DNA of 64,000 bases. It comes from Phoronis australis (taxonomy: Eukaryota; Animalia; Phoronida). Positions 36,554 through 50,424 of the stretch are shown here, one piece after another; positions within the stretch are counted from its first letter, which is position 1, and every line of letters begins with the position of its first letter. The position numbers and the translations under genes were made by a program. A model generated the notes under the pieces. It was not told where the DNA came from and did no database searches. It worked only from the letters and a program-made list of their open reading frames with translations. The stretch lies in assembly GCA_002633005.1 (NCBI GenBank), contig NMRA01000099.1, positions 156,555 to 220,554 on the forward strand, in the 5' to 3' direction.

Positions 36554-39454
36554 TTAGACAAAATTCAAAAGTTGATTTTAGCTGTCTTCGAATTTTTAAA
36601 ATTGATGCATTATAAGAGAAATTAGCGAATAAGATTTCTTCAACAGAGCACGCGCATTAATTTGTGAATCAATTAGGGCGGGTTAGTCACAGTCTGGCTT
36701 AAGCTTGCTTAGTCATTTTGGTAACAAAACACCAAAAGTTAGCGTAGGAGTTGCCTCATGAGGTTTCTGTCGAGCTTACTATTATATTCATAAGGGGAGA
36801 TATATATGAAACTCAGCAAGACCGATGAAAGACAGAAAACTTACAGAAAGTAATGAACATGAACACGAACATGGACAGTGGTATAGAGTCTCGAACTGTG
36901 ACACCGTAACCGTTACACAACCAACAAGAGCACCCATGAATGCATCGCAAATGGTGGTATGCTTTTAGGGTTGTTTATTTGTGTCATAAAAATGGTCACT
37001 ATATGGCGAAAAAGGGAACATGTCATTGCTTCTTTAATAGAAAGCTAATAATATATACCAAATTTCATTGAAATCCATCACGGAACCACAGGGAAAAAAG
37101 GAACACAGAATAAAATGAAATTGCCACTAGGGGGCATACTGTTCTTTGGATCCACCTGAAAGTCGTCATTGTCTGTTGATAGCTTCATACAAATACACTT
37201 ACTAATTAAATTTAATAAAGATCGTATAGTGGGTTTAGGAGATACAGCTATGGGTGCAAAATAAAAAACAAAACTACCACTACGAGGCACCACAGTAGTC
37301 CCAGTTGTCATCTTCAACCGTCCACTTTATAGTAAGAACATACATGACAATTTTCGCAATCATCCTTTGAGCGGTTTGGTTGATGGAGGGATGCACGCCA
37401 AAAAACAGACTCAAAAACAGCAAAAAAATGGCCACTAGATGGCGCAAAATACCTTTATTCCATCCGAGATTTTGGCCAGGTCACCAAATGCGACTTGGCA
37501 TTTAGGTAAGCGTCGAGCGCTGAAATGTATGCTTTAACTGAGTTCATGGCTGCAGATATTTGTCTAAATATCGTATGGTCCAACATAAGCTTGAAGTAAT
37601 TTAGCTGAAAATTTGTTCACATCATGTGAGTTTATGTAATTAATAAAATGTAACTGTGCTGCTCGTTATGGTAAAACCAACCTGCTTTTAACCGCAACTG
37701 ATGGCATGTGCTCAATGTCATGCATCAACACATTTTCATAACAGCATGTTATTTATCTGAATCTTTGAAGTGTGAAATTACACTTGTTAGACAGCAATAA
37801 ATACAGACAGGACTGGGATAACTAATTTGTGTAGCTAAATAAAACATGTTTGTCAACGTCAGTTCTAGAACACTTTTTGTGCAAGTTCACTGGCACTATC
37901 ACAATACAACTAGTGCTCAGTCAACTGTTATCAATGAGCCATCAGCATCAGAGGTTGCATTTGTAAGCAAGGCTCCCTCATTCACATTTTTCCATAAGTC
38001 CCCTTTACAAGCACCTGCACAACAGATTTTCGACTCTTAATTTACAAAATACAGATTTTCAAAGACTTAAACAATTATAGAGCATATCACTAAACTATGG
38101 AACCCATTCATTCATAAGAACTTAACATGATGATCTGATGAGATGATTGATAAATTTTGAGGATCATATTTTCAAAGGTTTAAAGTTCAGTAAGACAATG
38201 GTAGACAGGGGATCAGCCATTAGATATGAATAGGGGGTAATAAAACAATTATACCATAAACTCTTTGTTACGCTGTGTTCAGTAACATAAGTGCCATTTA
38301 CACTACAAAATTTGACAGGGATCAGCTGACATGGAACCTGAGTTTCTCCAGTGTAAGTATTTGTGTAAACGGGACTTAATTGGAGCAAATTAACACCGCG
38401 GTGACCACTTTTGCCACCTGTTTGTGAGGTAGAGCAATTTGTGCAAGAACATCTTGCTCCATGTCAATTTTGCATCTAAACGCGAAACTGGGGCAAGGCG
38501 GAAAGGATCATATCTACTGCGCTTGTGTAATGGCCTAAGTACAGGTTCTCTGTCTTTTCAACTCCCGTCAATTGTAAACCTGCGCATGTGTGATCCACTC
38601 TCCAGCCTACAATTTCCGTCTTGCCGCAGTTAGTGAGTTGTGTGTGTAAACGGACACTTGACACCGATCAATCTGCTCCGTGTCAGTTGCGCCGGGCCAA
38701 AAGTTGATGTCTAAACGGGACGATAGTCCAACAGGGAGGGCTTTGGCATTAGAGTTAGTCCAAACTAGTTTGCGATCCAAACAAATTTTAGATGAACGTT
38801 GTAACCTACCGTACCAAATTGTCACCTTTCTCACTAGACCGGACTAACATTCCACAGCGCTAACTTTAAAGTTTCATTGTACTAAACACAAGATGTCGTT
38901 ATGCTGTACCGCAATACGGACCCGACAACCAATTGCCACTCCTATTGTTATTTTGAGACATGTTTTAATTTAAAATTGTACAGTGAACAGTGAGTAGAAA
39001 TGGCGGGAACAACTCCGCACTCGCTTGAAGTGGGGAGATAAGTTAGGACGGCTGGGCAAAATAGTCCAGACCAAACCTATTGCATTGCTCTTACATTATC
39101 AGACCAATTTTAGTACACATGCTAGTCCGTTTTTTCGAACGTACTAACTATAGTACCATACTAAATTTAGACCGGTCTAAATCACCTTACTTGTGGTCAA
39201 GAAAAAATGTTAGTCCAGGTGCTAAATCACTGCAAAAGGCCCTTATGGCTAAGAGCTTTGTTCACAAAAAGTTGCTTTCAGTGGTCATGCAGGTCAGTTT
39301 CAAATGCTCTATTGTGCGTGATAAAACCCAGGATTTACAACTATTCCCAAAACTCTATACCACAATGCTCACAACGAACCCCCCTTCAAGCCCATGTTTT
39401 ATTAGACAAGTGAAAACATTGCACAGAAGTTAAGTTATTATTGTTCACAGACAT

Positions 39455-39531
39455 CATGACCTCCTTCATGAGCCATGACCCTTTCACCAGCCAGGACCCT
39501 TTCACCAGCCAGGACCATTTCACGGGCCATG
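39455..39531. repeat. 18-bp tandem repeat (~4 units)
   Basis: gccakgaccctttcacca repeated. Confidence 0.8.
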
Positions 39532-41139
39532 TTAAAGAATCAGAGTGCAAACTGAAATTGCATTTACAACAGACTTAGCTCAGACTGGATAATAACATAA
39601 CGAACCCTTAAGAATATGATGTAAAAACCACAAACAGCTTTCCCTGAAAAGTGCCAGTAAAGGAAATAATACTCAGTCATGACAAGCCACTTTGGAAATT
39701 CCAAGAAAGAGAAAATAATAAATAGCCTTATTGTCAGACCTCATGCTATGAAATGCAGCATGGCAAATTTTCCTACATTTTAACAGGAAATAATTAGCAA
39801 AATTGTCATTTTCCACTTTTCAGTGCTTTGTTGAAATAGTCTAAATATCACTGTGCGCTTATTGATGATAGCTGTATAGTTTAAACTGTGGAAATAAATA
39901 TTGAAGTCAAGGTTAAGTTCCTGCTTGTTTTCGTTGAAAATTTTGCCGAAATAAATTTTTGCTGTTAGGCAATATCGCAAAACAAATTAAAGAAATTTCG
40001 CTGTTGGCAAAGTAAAACCTCTGTGGATAACTGAGAAATAAGTGTTTGTTGGACATTGAGGTGAGTTATGGGGGTTTTGGGAGTAGACGTTCCTGGCATT
40101 AGGAGGTACGTTGATAAATATAAGGCTGCTTTCCAGGAACCTAAAGCTCAAAGTGTGCTGTTTGAGGGCAGGTGAATAACCGGGAGTGGGTGTTTAAAGA
40201 TTAATTTGGAAAATTCAGGTCTGGGCATTTACCTAAACACTGGTGCCATCAGGAACCTGCGTGTTAACTCAAATGCGGGTGTTAACATGGACTACACAGA
40301 TACCGACTACATTTCTTTTTATAGCAGATGGCAGAACACCTTCGCTCTGTTGCAAAGAGCAAAAACAGTTCTTTGCTACACAGCAAAAGTTGATACACCT
40401 GTTTACAGTAAAGATGCTATTTTTACTTGACTCCACAAGTAAAAGTAAAAGCCCCGATAGAAGTCTAATTAAATTAATGCCCACATAATACAAAATCAAT
40501 ATTATTATGACACCTTTGATACAGCGATTCAGAAGATAAAAATAAAAATAGGCAAAAAGAGAAATTCAAGTTAATGAAATATCGAGCAGAAAACGAAAAA
40601 AAGCTCACCTGAATTAAGAACCGGATATTCTTGCTGGCCTCTGTCCTATCAATTGTTGCAGCGAAATCTGATAACACACATCTACCCATCGACACCTCTC
40701 GTATCGTGTTGCAGATGAAAACTTCCGCATATAATTCAGGCCTATAAAGTAAAATGGAGCCACTCAATGATGTTCCAGTAGTAATAACTTAAACTGTAAC
40801 ACACCAGTAACTCACGCAGAAAGACTACCACACTGATAAGAGAATGTTTTGTCAAACAGTCCATACTCGGACCTCTAGAGAATGGTTGGAAGACAAGATT
40901 GTATACAGTAAAAATTCTTCAGTTTGGAACACAATATGGTGGACAGGCGAAATTTCCTTTTGTCAAATTTCTTAAAAAATAACTTTTCAAGAAAATTTAC
41001 GCTGGTTTAAGCACAGTTTGTATGGCATAGCTATTACCAAACAACATTCGGCAAGATATACGAATACGACTGCCATCTTTTGCAAGTTAATTTGGCATAA
41101 AAACAAAACTAAACGAATGATCAAAAATTCCTAAGTGCA

Positions 41140-41391
41140 TTTTTAGGTAACTAGTGAAGTTTTCACTTCAAAAGGATTTCATTAAAATCGACCAAGGGGT
41201 TATTTTGCTATGAATGTACCGTTCCTAAAAACGAAATTTTGACTTAAAAATGGTTTTAACGTCAGAACAATTGCAAATAAATGTAAAACATATTTTTATC
41301 ATCTCAGATCTTTTTTCTTCATTGACATAGCTAATGTTTTTTATATATGAGTAAGAATGAAGATCACTAAATAAGGTTTGAGATGACCATA
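41140..41391. mobile_element. Right-end fragment of the 25859-27266 family
   Basis: Aligns to ~26990-27270 (ttcattaaaatcgacc...atgaatgtacc...aataaggtt). Confidence 0.7.
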
Positions 41392-42142
41392 ACTCCTTTT
41401 AGCAATTTTCAAATTACAAAAAGTAGAATATACTATTTCCTGGAGTTTTTGTATTTTGCATTTCAGGATAAATATTGGTTAAGATATCTGACAACAATGG
41501 GAATGTATTCGTGGACAAATATGGGAACTTGAGAGTCGAACAGCATGTACAACTAGTTTTCAAATTATAAGGAAAACCTGCTTTTGCCATATTAAATGAA
41601 AGTCCTCAAAATTCACAGACCAAGTGTCAGCTGGCTGCTCTTTGGTTGAAACTGGATAGGTGAGTCAAATGAGATGTGGTGTGCTGAACATATGAGGACA
41701 TAATTGTTATGTAAACATTTGGACCAGCCAGCTTTGAGGCTCTCATTGAAATTGATTGAATGGGAGACTCATTTTAACATCAAAAGGGCCTTTCATACTA
41801 ATGTCCACTCTGACAGGTTTTGGGGAGTTGCAGGTCAGTATGAACACTGAACTCCAGTCCTGGATCGCTCCAGTTATCATTAGGGCTTGGAATGCCCAAT
41901 GGCGAAAAACGCAGAAATTTTTATGGCCCAAAACATGCACACTTCAGCCTTGAAAAAGTCGGTGTGGACCTTTTGCCGACAAAAATCGAGAGGACTAAAA
42001 AAAAAAGTACCACCTCCGGAAGCGTGCGTCTGCGTCTGTCTTAGCTCGTTTGCCACTCCCACCTCCAAACATTGAGGAAATCCACCACGCTATCCCAGAT
42101 GACTCGGCAATGTTGACAATTTACGTTCCTCCGAAACATTAA

Positions 42143-45100
42143 GAGGCAGTCCATATAAAAACCAGTAGATTTTCAAAAATCAGTCTATACGTCCAAATTT
42201 AAAACAACTTCATTTTTGTACATGGGTAGGTATCCTAACAAAAACTCAAATTCCAAATTTTGTGCACTCAATGACCCCTAATTTCGCCGCTGGAGCATGA
42301 TAACACAAATTGGCACAATTGGGAAAATTAGCTGTCTCAAAAATCGCATGTTTTCAGCAACAAAAATGAGTAACATACAAAATAGATCGAAAGCTATATT
42401 TTGGTGGCTGAAATAATCAACGTATACTGTCCATAATTCTGTGCCATTTATTAAAATCTAACAGTTTTGTGCTAGACAGGGGAGATAATCCACAGACCAC
42501 TTTTTGGGGCTAATTTTAGTGGCCATTTTTGTGACCTTCTTACTGCCATAAAACACCTTGTAGCCTTATGTGACGTTTTGAACATACAGTTAAGGAGTTA
42601 GTCTTGATGACTGAGCAATAAAAAATCTTGCCTCAACTTTGCACTTTAGTGAAAATTGTCTTGCAAAACTGTCTATTTTCATAGTTTGTAAATGACGAGC
42701 AGAGTTTACAGACCATTTGAACAAACTTTTAGGCAAGAAGTCTGCTTTAAATAGTTATAGAAACCAAGTCTAAAGTCTTTCAAATGAAAACAAGATGTTT
42801 TCCGGGTTTATTACGCGGCTAGTATCGAAACTGAACCCGATGACCTTTGCCCATTGAGGGAGTCAGTTGAGGTTTAAAGCTTGAGGATTTATAAAAAATG
42901 TTCATGTAACCCTCTCGTATTCTTTCATTTCTTTTACATAATCACGTTAATTTAAACACTCTGTAGAACTTTTGAATGGAAATAAATGCCTTTAAGATTA
43001 AACGAGTAAGAATTGATATTTGTAATAACTGGTTTTGAGAGAAGCAAGTGCATTTTAAAAAGACAAAATGGCGGACGGTGTCGATGGGCCTTCATGTTCC
43101 TTTAAAGTTTATTCTTCAAAAAATCACAAAAACCTTTGTGCTTTAGTGAGTTATGTCAAAGAAACCACTGAACATTTGAGATACAAGAAACTACTTCACA
43201 AAGCAAGGCCTGTGCCAGAGTACGGACTCGTACTACCCCGAGTCGGTGTATCAGTTTCTGACTGAACAGGACCAGTCATGGAAGAGTCAGGTAATGCTGG
43301 ATGTTACCACTCTGCTCCTCTCCTCCTGAACGTAGCAGCCTTGTCAAATTCTACCTGCATTTCTGTTTCGAGATATGACATTAGTAAAAGTCAAAATGGA
43401 AAGGATCTCTGTGATCGCAAGATCGGCTCCCCTCAAACAACATGCAAAGTACTTTGCAGCCGAAAGTAATAATATCATAAACTTTCTGGATTTGAAAGAA
43501 GCACTACTTTCCAGTGGTCGTGTGAAGGGATGTTATGTGTATGCATGTTCAGTCAATGCAACAAAGTCTTTTCCAAAATACTCAGTTCCTGGTATAAGGA
43601 CATTCCCAAATTCCCACTATTCCACCCAAGCAATTCGCGTGTGGAAGTCATTCCATGTAGATGACGGTAAGTTCTTACAAATACTGAGAAAATGGGAAAC
43701 CTATTTCTCTAAATTACACTAACATCTCTAGACATGGCGGATTTTCAACACCAAGACTTAAGGTTGGCATTGTATCTAGTGAAGAGCCTCAACAAAAGTT
43801 CCCTTGTACCCAGCAAGGTTACTCGAAATTTTTTGCTAGACGCAGAACTAGGTCGGCATTTGGATGTGGGTAACAACACTGAACACGTATGACCACATTG
43901 CACGACAGTCGTCAGAAATGCTTTTAGATGCAAGAACCGGAGCGTCATTTGAGGCAGCCTCAGAGTACAATATGGATGAGACGAATGCTGAAGCAATAGC
44001 TTAGGCATTGAAAAAAGGTAAAAGGTCAACAAGATTTTCATCAAAGGTTAAGAACTTTCTGACGAACATATTCGATGAAGGAGAAAGTCAGGTAAAAACT
44101 TTCACCCTCGGAAGTGCCAAAATGGAGAAAACATTACGAGAACCCACTGTGAAAGTGTTTACCTGTGATGTTAAGTGAATCGCAGATTGGTGGATTTTTT
44201 GAGGTTGTCTGCTGCAATGTTTATGACGATGCTATTTCTGCTGAAGATGCTGTTATGTCGTCAGATTTACTGAATGAAGTGGTAAATGAGCTCAACGTTT
44301 AGCCTAGTTTTGTAGCATACCAGTCAAAAATGTGTGATTTATGAAGTCGAGACCGTTACTTCTGTTTACTTCATGTCTGTCATGAAGTAGTCATTAATAT
44401 AATTGTCTTTCGCGAATTATTTTCTATTGACTGTGAATGTGTACCTTTTTATACCACTGATGATCACACTGGTAGAAATATTCAGCGTTAGGGTGCCCGG
44501 TGTGTGTGGGGGGAACACCAGATTTCTGGTGACTGGTGGCGACTAAAATTTGTAGCAACCAGCAATATGAACCCAAAGTTACAATGACTATTGACAAGTT
44601 GAAGGATTTTTTGCACTGAAAACTAGGGCCGGGCCGGGGCATATCCACCTTGGGTGCCTTCCTTTGCCTGTGGCACGAACAAGGCAGATAGAAAACAAGG
44701 CAGGGGTGAGTTCAGTAACACTAGAACCTCTCTAAAATTTATCCAAAACCACGTGTTCTCATTTAAAATACACGGCAACATCTCTGAATTATAGCAAGGT
44801 CTTCGTGTTACTGCTCTTAATCTAGATGCGTCTTCAGTCTCCACGTAAACAAAAGCAGCGCCATCTATCATTTAGAAGCACGCATGCCAGTTGATTTACG
44901 TACACATTTTTGTAATAAGTATTAATCATCAATGCCGGATTCATAGAATGGTAATTAATAATGCTGTCTGCCTTTTCTCCAAAATACAAAGTTTTCATGT
45001 CGTGTTTCGCAAGCTAATTATATGTTCCAAGAGCCCCCTATTGGAAGCAGAGGCAACTGAGAACATGCAAAAGGACGAAGTGCAGTTCGTATAATGCTTC

Positions 45101-45603
45101 GTATGCAAAAACTACATTAGAGGCAAGATTTTTTATTTTAGATTATGAACAGGTTAGGAATGAATAAACAAATTATTATAAATTCATTTTCAGGAAAGGT
45201 GCGTTATGGCTGCTACAGAGTGCCAAATGTGGCCGAAAATGGCTTCAGTGAAAACCTGAAAAATAGCCGTTTTTGCCTCACAAATTCAAAACGTATCAAT
45301 TTAAAAATGGATTTTGAAAGTTATGCCATTAAATTATTCAGCCATTGCCCTTTCAATTGGTATTATTCATTTGTTTTGACCGTATCATACATGCTAGTAA
45401 AATGCATTCAAACATGCCTACTTCGACGCCCAATTTTGTTGCAAAATGGAGGTACAGGTCATAAAAAGAAAAATAATGAATGAAAATTCTTAAAAAGTGA
45501 GGTTTTTCTACTTCTCAACAAACCAAACTCATGTGCTAAGTTTCAAAAAAATCGGTGATTTTGGGTATAGACTCTACCTGTTGGTTTTTATATGGAGTCA
45601 CTC
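42143..45603 (+). mobile_element. Decayed Sola3-type DNA transposon
   Basis: TTAA TSD at 42139-42 and 45604-07. GAG...CTC termini. TIR core TCCATATAAAAACCA, with degenerate inverted similarity extending ~500 bp inward. Transposase remnants inside. Confidence 0.8.
43068..44300 (+). pseudogene. Frameshifted, internally deleted Sola3-like DDE transposase
   Basis: Fragments SGNAGCYH, RYDISKSQNGKDLCDRKIG, KEALLSSGRVKG, IRVWKSFHVDDGK, LGRHLDVG and ALKKGKRSTRFSSKVKNFLTNIFDEGE lie in different frames with stops. The family assignment is from recalled motifs plus GAG/TTAA ends. Confidence 0.75.
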
Positions 45604-46376
45604 TTAACAGCAACTTCCGCTTTTCAAGGTGAAAGTCGTCGGCAACGCGGCGGTAAGAAATTTGCCGCAGAAATTTTATATCAAATCCGATTTTTTTACG
45701 CGGAAATATGATAAAATACGCGGACAGAACATTTGAAAAAAGCGGAAATCCGCATTTCCGCGGAAAATTTCAAGCCCTGTATCATCGCAGTTAACAGGTG
45801 GATTTAATAGCGCAGCGTCGACGCTGCGGTGTAGTATGAACGCTTAACTTCGGTCCAATTGAAATTGATTGATTGCCTAAGGAAGAAGTCAAGGCAGAAA
45901 CGTGAGAGACAGCAGTGTTGACTTAAAAAGACAATCTACTGATATGGGTGGTTATTGACCATCCAGGTAAACCATGAGCCCTTCATAAGACTTGGCCCCA
46001 TTTGAGTAGACATTGAGTAACAACATGGCTGTGATGAGATTGTATATCTACAGAGGATCGATTCTAGCCTTACCGTTGACTATACTGGAGTGTAACAGGT
46101 TACAACTCCGATGGCCCACCACTTCGAAAAATACAGCTACTCCGAAAGTTCACTACTCCAAAAGAACACCGTTACTACAACTTTTCTTACACAATCTTCC
46201 TAAATTTTCTCAAAATTTCACTAATGGGATATTAATTTGTTACCCATACAAAAAATAAATTGTGACAATGAAGTCCAATGACTTATTTCTGCCATTTTTA
46301 CTGTCTTGGTAGTTAACAACTCTTCTATCCTATCTTTTTTGAATTTCGCTTAATCGAGAGAAAATGTATCATATTA

Positions 46377-46591
46377 CATGCGCGCACCTATGGGGGGGCT
46401 CAAATGAGCACCCCATTTGGCGAAGTGTGCAAAAAGGTCCGAGACAAAGTCCACTAAAAAGGCGCGAATGCACAATTCATAGGCCTGAATGAGATATCCA
46501 GTTTTTTGGTCCCCGTTTTTTGTTTATAAAAGGTTCACACTGCCAAAAATTCGAGCCCCCCCCCCATATTTTAAGACTGGGTTTGCGCATG
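46377..46591 (+). mobile_element. MITE family C, copy 2
   Basis: Ends CATGCGCGCACC ... CTGGGTTTGCGCATG. TATTA on both flanks. Confidence 0.8.
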
Positions 46592-47493
46592 TATTAGTGT
46601 TATAAAATGAAACAAATGTGTTCATATTTGGAGGAGGTGTGGGTTTCTTCGGAGTAGTTTTTTCTCTTTGGAGAAGAGGTTTTTCGTAGAATTGTTTATT
46701 TGGAGCAATGGACAGTACCGGTAACCATACTGGACGCACCAGCAACTGCTGAGCATATGAGTGTTTCCACGCCATATGCTTTCTCTATTTTGCCAATACA
46801 ACCCTCATGAAACTTGTGAGCACAATGTTTGGCCCACTATAGTACATCTAAGTCAGCATTTTGTAGACATGAGGTTAATGAAGAAAATGAAAAATTATGA
46901 GATAAAAAACTAAATCTCAAAAGGTTGTTTTGACGTTTGACCTCTGGTTTGACCTTGAAAATGACACCGTATCAATAAAATAACACTAGAAATGGACTCC
47001 CCATCACAGAAAATGGTACAAACATTGTGTTACATGACTGTTAGTCAACACATTGAATAAACTAAAGTGGGTCAAAATTCAAAATGGCGGAATACGCCAT
47101 CTTTAATTGCAAAAAATGCTCAAAGTTGCACTAAGTGCAACCAAGCTAATTTTTTTCTCCTGATCACATTTAATATATTTCAACAATAAAACTTTACAGT
47201 AATCAACATTGCAGAGTTCACTATGGGAGCTATTGGGCTGGCAACTAGACTAGTAGGAAGTAGGGGGAGACAAGAGGCAGCGCATAAAGTGGTGTCGACA
47301 ATGAGTGCTGGTGATCGTAAACGGGTGTCAACCGGGGATGGATGGAAAGGGTAAAAGGTTTGTTGACCTTAGGGGTGAATCTGAGTGCTGACAGGGGGTG
47401 GAAACAAAATTGTTACCGACCAAGGGGGAATGCCTCATTTATTTCTTGAAACAAACCTTGCTACGCCCATATCATAATGAATAATATATTTGA

Positions 47494-47738
47494 GGTTATC
47501 TAAGACCTTAATAAACTGCTTTAACTCAAATACCAAAAAAACAATGCTTTGTCAACCATTAAAGTATATGTTTTCTGAAAGGAGAAAGATCGAGGATTCT
47601 AAAAATATGCTTCTTACTACTGTGTAGAATCCTCGATCTTTCTCCTTTCAGAAAACATATACTTTAATAGTTGACAAAGCATAGTTTTTTCAATGGTTGA
47701 CTTAGAGTTGAGGTTGTTCATTAAGGTCCTAGATAACC
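47494..47738. mobile_element. Foldback MITE with GGTTATCT termini, related to the 25859-27266 family
   Basis: Palindrome with ~110-bp arms and a ~23-bp loop. Flanks are TTGA and TTAA. The arms resemble 27170-27266. Confidence 0.8.
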
Positions 47739-50424
47739 TTAATAAAGAAAATTGGATTATTTAATTCCTGGGCAGTCTTCTCTGATGATTGAGCCACCCG
47801 GCTCGTCATTCTTAGAATATCAGATTTTTATCAATATATGCGAGAGCTAAATACACGTTTAAACATCAATTTACTAAAAAGAGACATGCTGATATCTCCA
47901 CATTGAATAATATGCAGTTCTGCAAATTAGCCCCTCAATCCTCGTATGGGGTACATAAACAACACTGTCATAGCAGTATAGGACATAAATAATCACTCCG
48001 GCAAAATACCATTTCCAGTCATTATGGCTAATTATTTTTATAGTAAAATAACACGAAATGGCCATTACAGTGGCAAAATTCTAATTACAGAATGGCTTGG
48101 CCATCTTTGTAACTTTCAAGCTCATTCTCGGTCATTAGGAAAGCTATTCTGGCGATGCGTTCAGGTTCGTGCTAGTCATACGATGACCGGGAATTCCACA
48201 TCATTTTGACTAGTGAATACTTTTGACATGGACTATAGCTAGTTTTAATGTCAAAGTTGAAGAGATTAGTTGAATTCAGAATTGATGAAGACTAGTTGAT
48301 TACATCTTCTTCCCTGGGGTGAATTGCCCTGGTAAGCATTTAACACTTCTAATCTTGAGGAGATCTGACTAACAAGCGGTTCCCGAGGCACGATCAATAT
48401 TTGTTTCCCAGAAAGGTTTAATATCATACCCGTACTAGGATAACAGAAATGTGTACTACCAAAACTGCATTTGAGTATTTTGGACACCGGATGAGATTTT
48501 TTTGTAAATTTGCACATTTTCGCATAGAGACCAAGCATCAAAAATTCAAAATTTTCAACATGTTATCGTGTATAGTCAGTACTTTTCCCACGTGCAAAGC
48601 AGTTTAATACACGTAGTGATTTGACAACCCTTTTTCTCATTTTTCTCTAAAGTGTTTAGCTGGTGATCTGCACTTACAGTAGATAAATCAATGGAATAAT
48701 TCCTTATTGACCTAACAAAATTATGTAAATACATGCCCCAATGGTAATATATTTCGTGATAAGATACACAAGTAAGAAGAATCCCTGGGTTCAAAAGTTA
48801 CGTGGCTCGTTTCTTAAACCAAAAACCTATTTGAAAATAAAACCTCATGATTCTGCTCTGGAAAATGTTTTACAACACACGTGTTCTGTACTGGCAAAAG
48901 TTTGGAATAAATGTTAACTTGATTGAAAGAGTCTATAAGCATGCAACATCGTACTGCTGTCAAAAACCTCTAACCACACCAACAGCTTGACATGCCAAGA
49001 AGTCAGTGCAGCCACAATGTACGCAAGAAAACAACACGCCGTGACACCTTGCAGTATAAATTCTATAGTCCCTTTATCTTTTTCATAAGACACTGCCATT
49101 CTTTGGAATAATGTGACAAATACAGATGTTCCTTTATTGAGACACTATATTCTTCACAATGCGGTAAACAAAGCCTCTCACGGTTTGCCATTTTTACAGT
49201 ACGTATTTAGCTGGAGACAGTCCACCAATGTAGAAGTCATTACTAAAAGTTTAGGCTGGTGATGATGAACATCAATAGAATGGGCCGTGCTATTTGTCAA
49301 TCATCTTGCTATATTTAGAATGAAAAGTTTCCAACTTTGCAGCTGAAGGGTTATTTATTTATTATTACTTATTAATGTAATATTTACAATGACGGTAGCC
49401 CCATCAGTTCACACTGCTTTCCATGGAGGGCCTCATGGTTAAAATAATATAATTTATAAACCTGCCATTTCTACTATTACCTCATCACAAGTCGGTGAAC
49501 ATGAGTATTTTTGCCCAGTCTTGCGTACCGGCGTATTACAAGCCAAATTTCTGTAGGAATCCGCATTTTTTGTGCACGGTACACAGGTCTGGGATAATGT
49601 GTTGATGACTGAAGCTGGTCTGCGACCAACAATTTTTATGAGCCTACCGTATTGTCAGAATATCTTCCTGGACAGCCTTCCTCATGGAGAAAGGAATGAG
49701 TGGGCGGCTGTTGTCCTCCAGCAGTATGTTTACCACCCCCTGCAAGAAGATGGTTGACACGTGGAATAACATCAAAACAAAGCATGAAAAACAAAACCAG
49801 ACTGACAAGTTGCCGCTGAGCTTGTTGATAAACTATATATTTCAAATATTTATTCAGTATGCACTTTTAGTCTATAAGGCTGATAACAACTCCTCCCTGT
49901 GGCAGTGACTGACATCATCCAGTATTAGGACCTTGTCAAGGAGTTGTGCATTCAAACAAATATCTACGAAGTCATTGAATTTAATTCAAGAAAGCATTAT
50001 TTTATAAAAGCAAAAAATCTACAAAATTGGATTCTCGACTCTACGCCAATCCGCCATTGATTGCCGGGGTCATGTGGGTACACAAGATGAAATCACAAAA
50101 TCGCTGCCACAGTTTACTATTTAAAGTTATTATTTCGTTTTATGCTACTTTTCAATTTTTATAAAAATCACAAAAGGCTCATTTTTCTCAAAGCCTTCAT
50201 GCAAAAAGGAGTCAATTTAAAAATAATTCCCAATAAAATTCTGCAGAAGAGTGCATAAAGCATAGTATCTCGAAATTTTATGTAAATCCTATCACCCATT
50301 TCTGAGATACGATGTTTAGAAGTTAGCAAAATTTGGACATTTTTCTTGGATCCTTAAACTAGCATTAAAATATTAAAGTCATTTTGCATGCACAACTAGT
50401 ATGACTATTGCATTGGGACACGCG

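Larger units (their letters stand above)
41881..45779. mobile_element. Non-autonomous DNA element with (C/T)AGGGCTTG termini and a 6-bp TSD; ~0.43 kb once the Sola3 insert is removed
   Basis: TAGGGCTTGGAAT ... ATTTCAAGCCCTG. TATCAT on both flanks (41875-80, 45780-85). Subterminal CGCGGAAA repeats. Confidence 0.8.
41786..45866 (-). mobile_element. Partial copy of the 36054-36553 MITE, split by nested insertions
   Basis: 41786-41880 joined to 45786-45866 matches the reverse complement of ~36370-36553. Confidence 0.8.

Noticed and set aside
38380-39235. Segment with recurring GGACTA/TAGTCC motifs, as a defined MITE
   Set aside because: It is probably repeat-derived, but the termini and TSD could not be established.
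47781-47812. CTGATGA followed by a hairpin, as a hammerhead ribozyme
   Set aside because: There is no GAAA after the stem and no cleavage helix.
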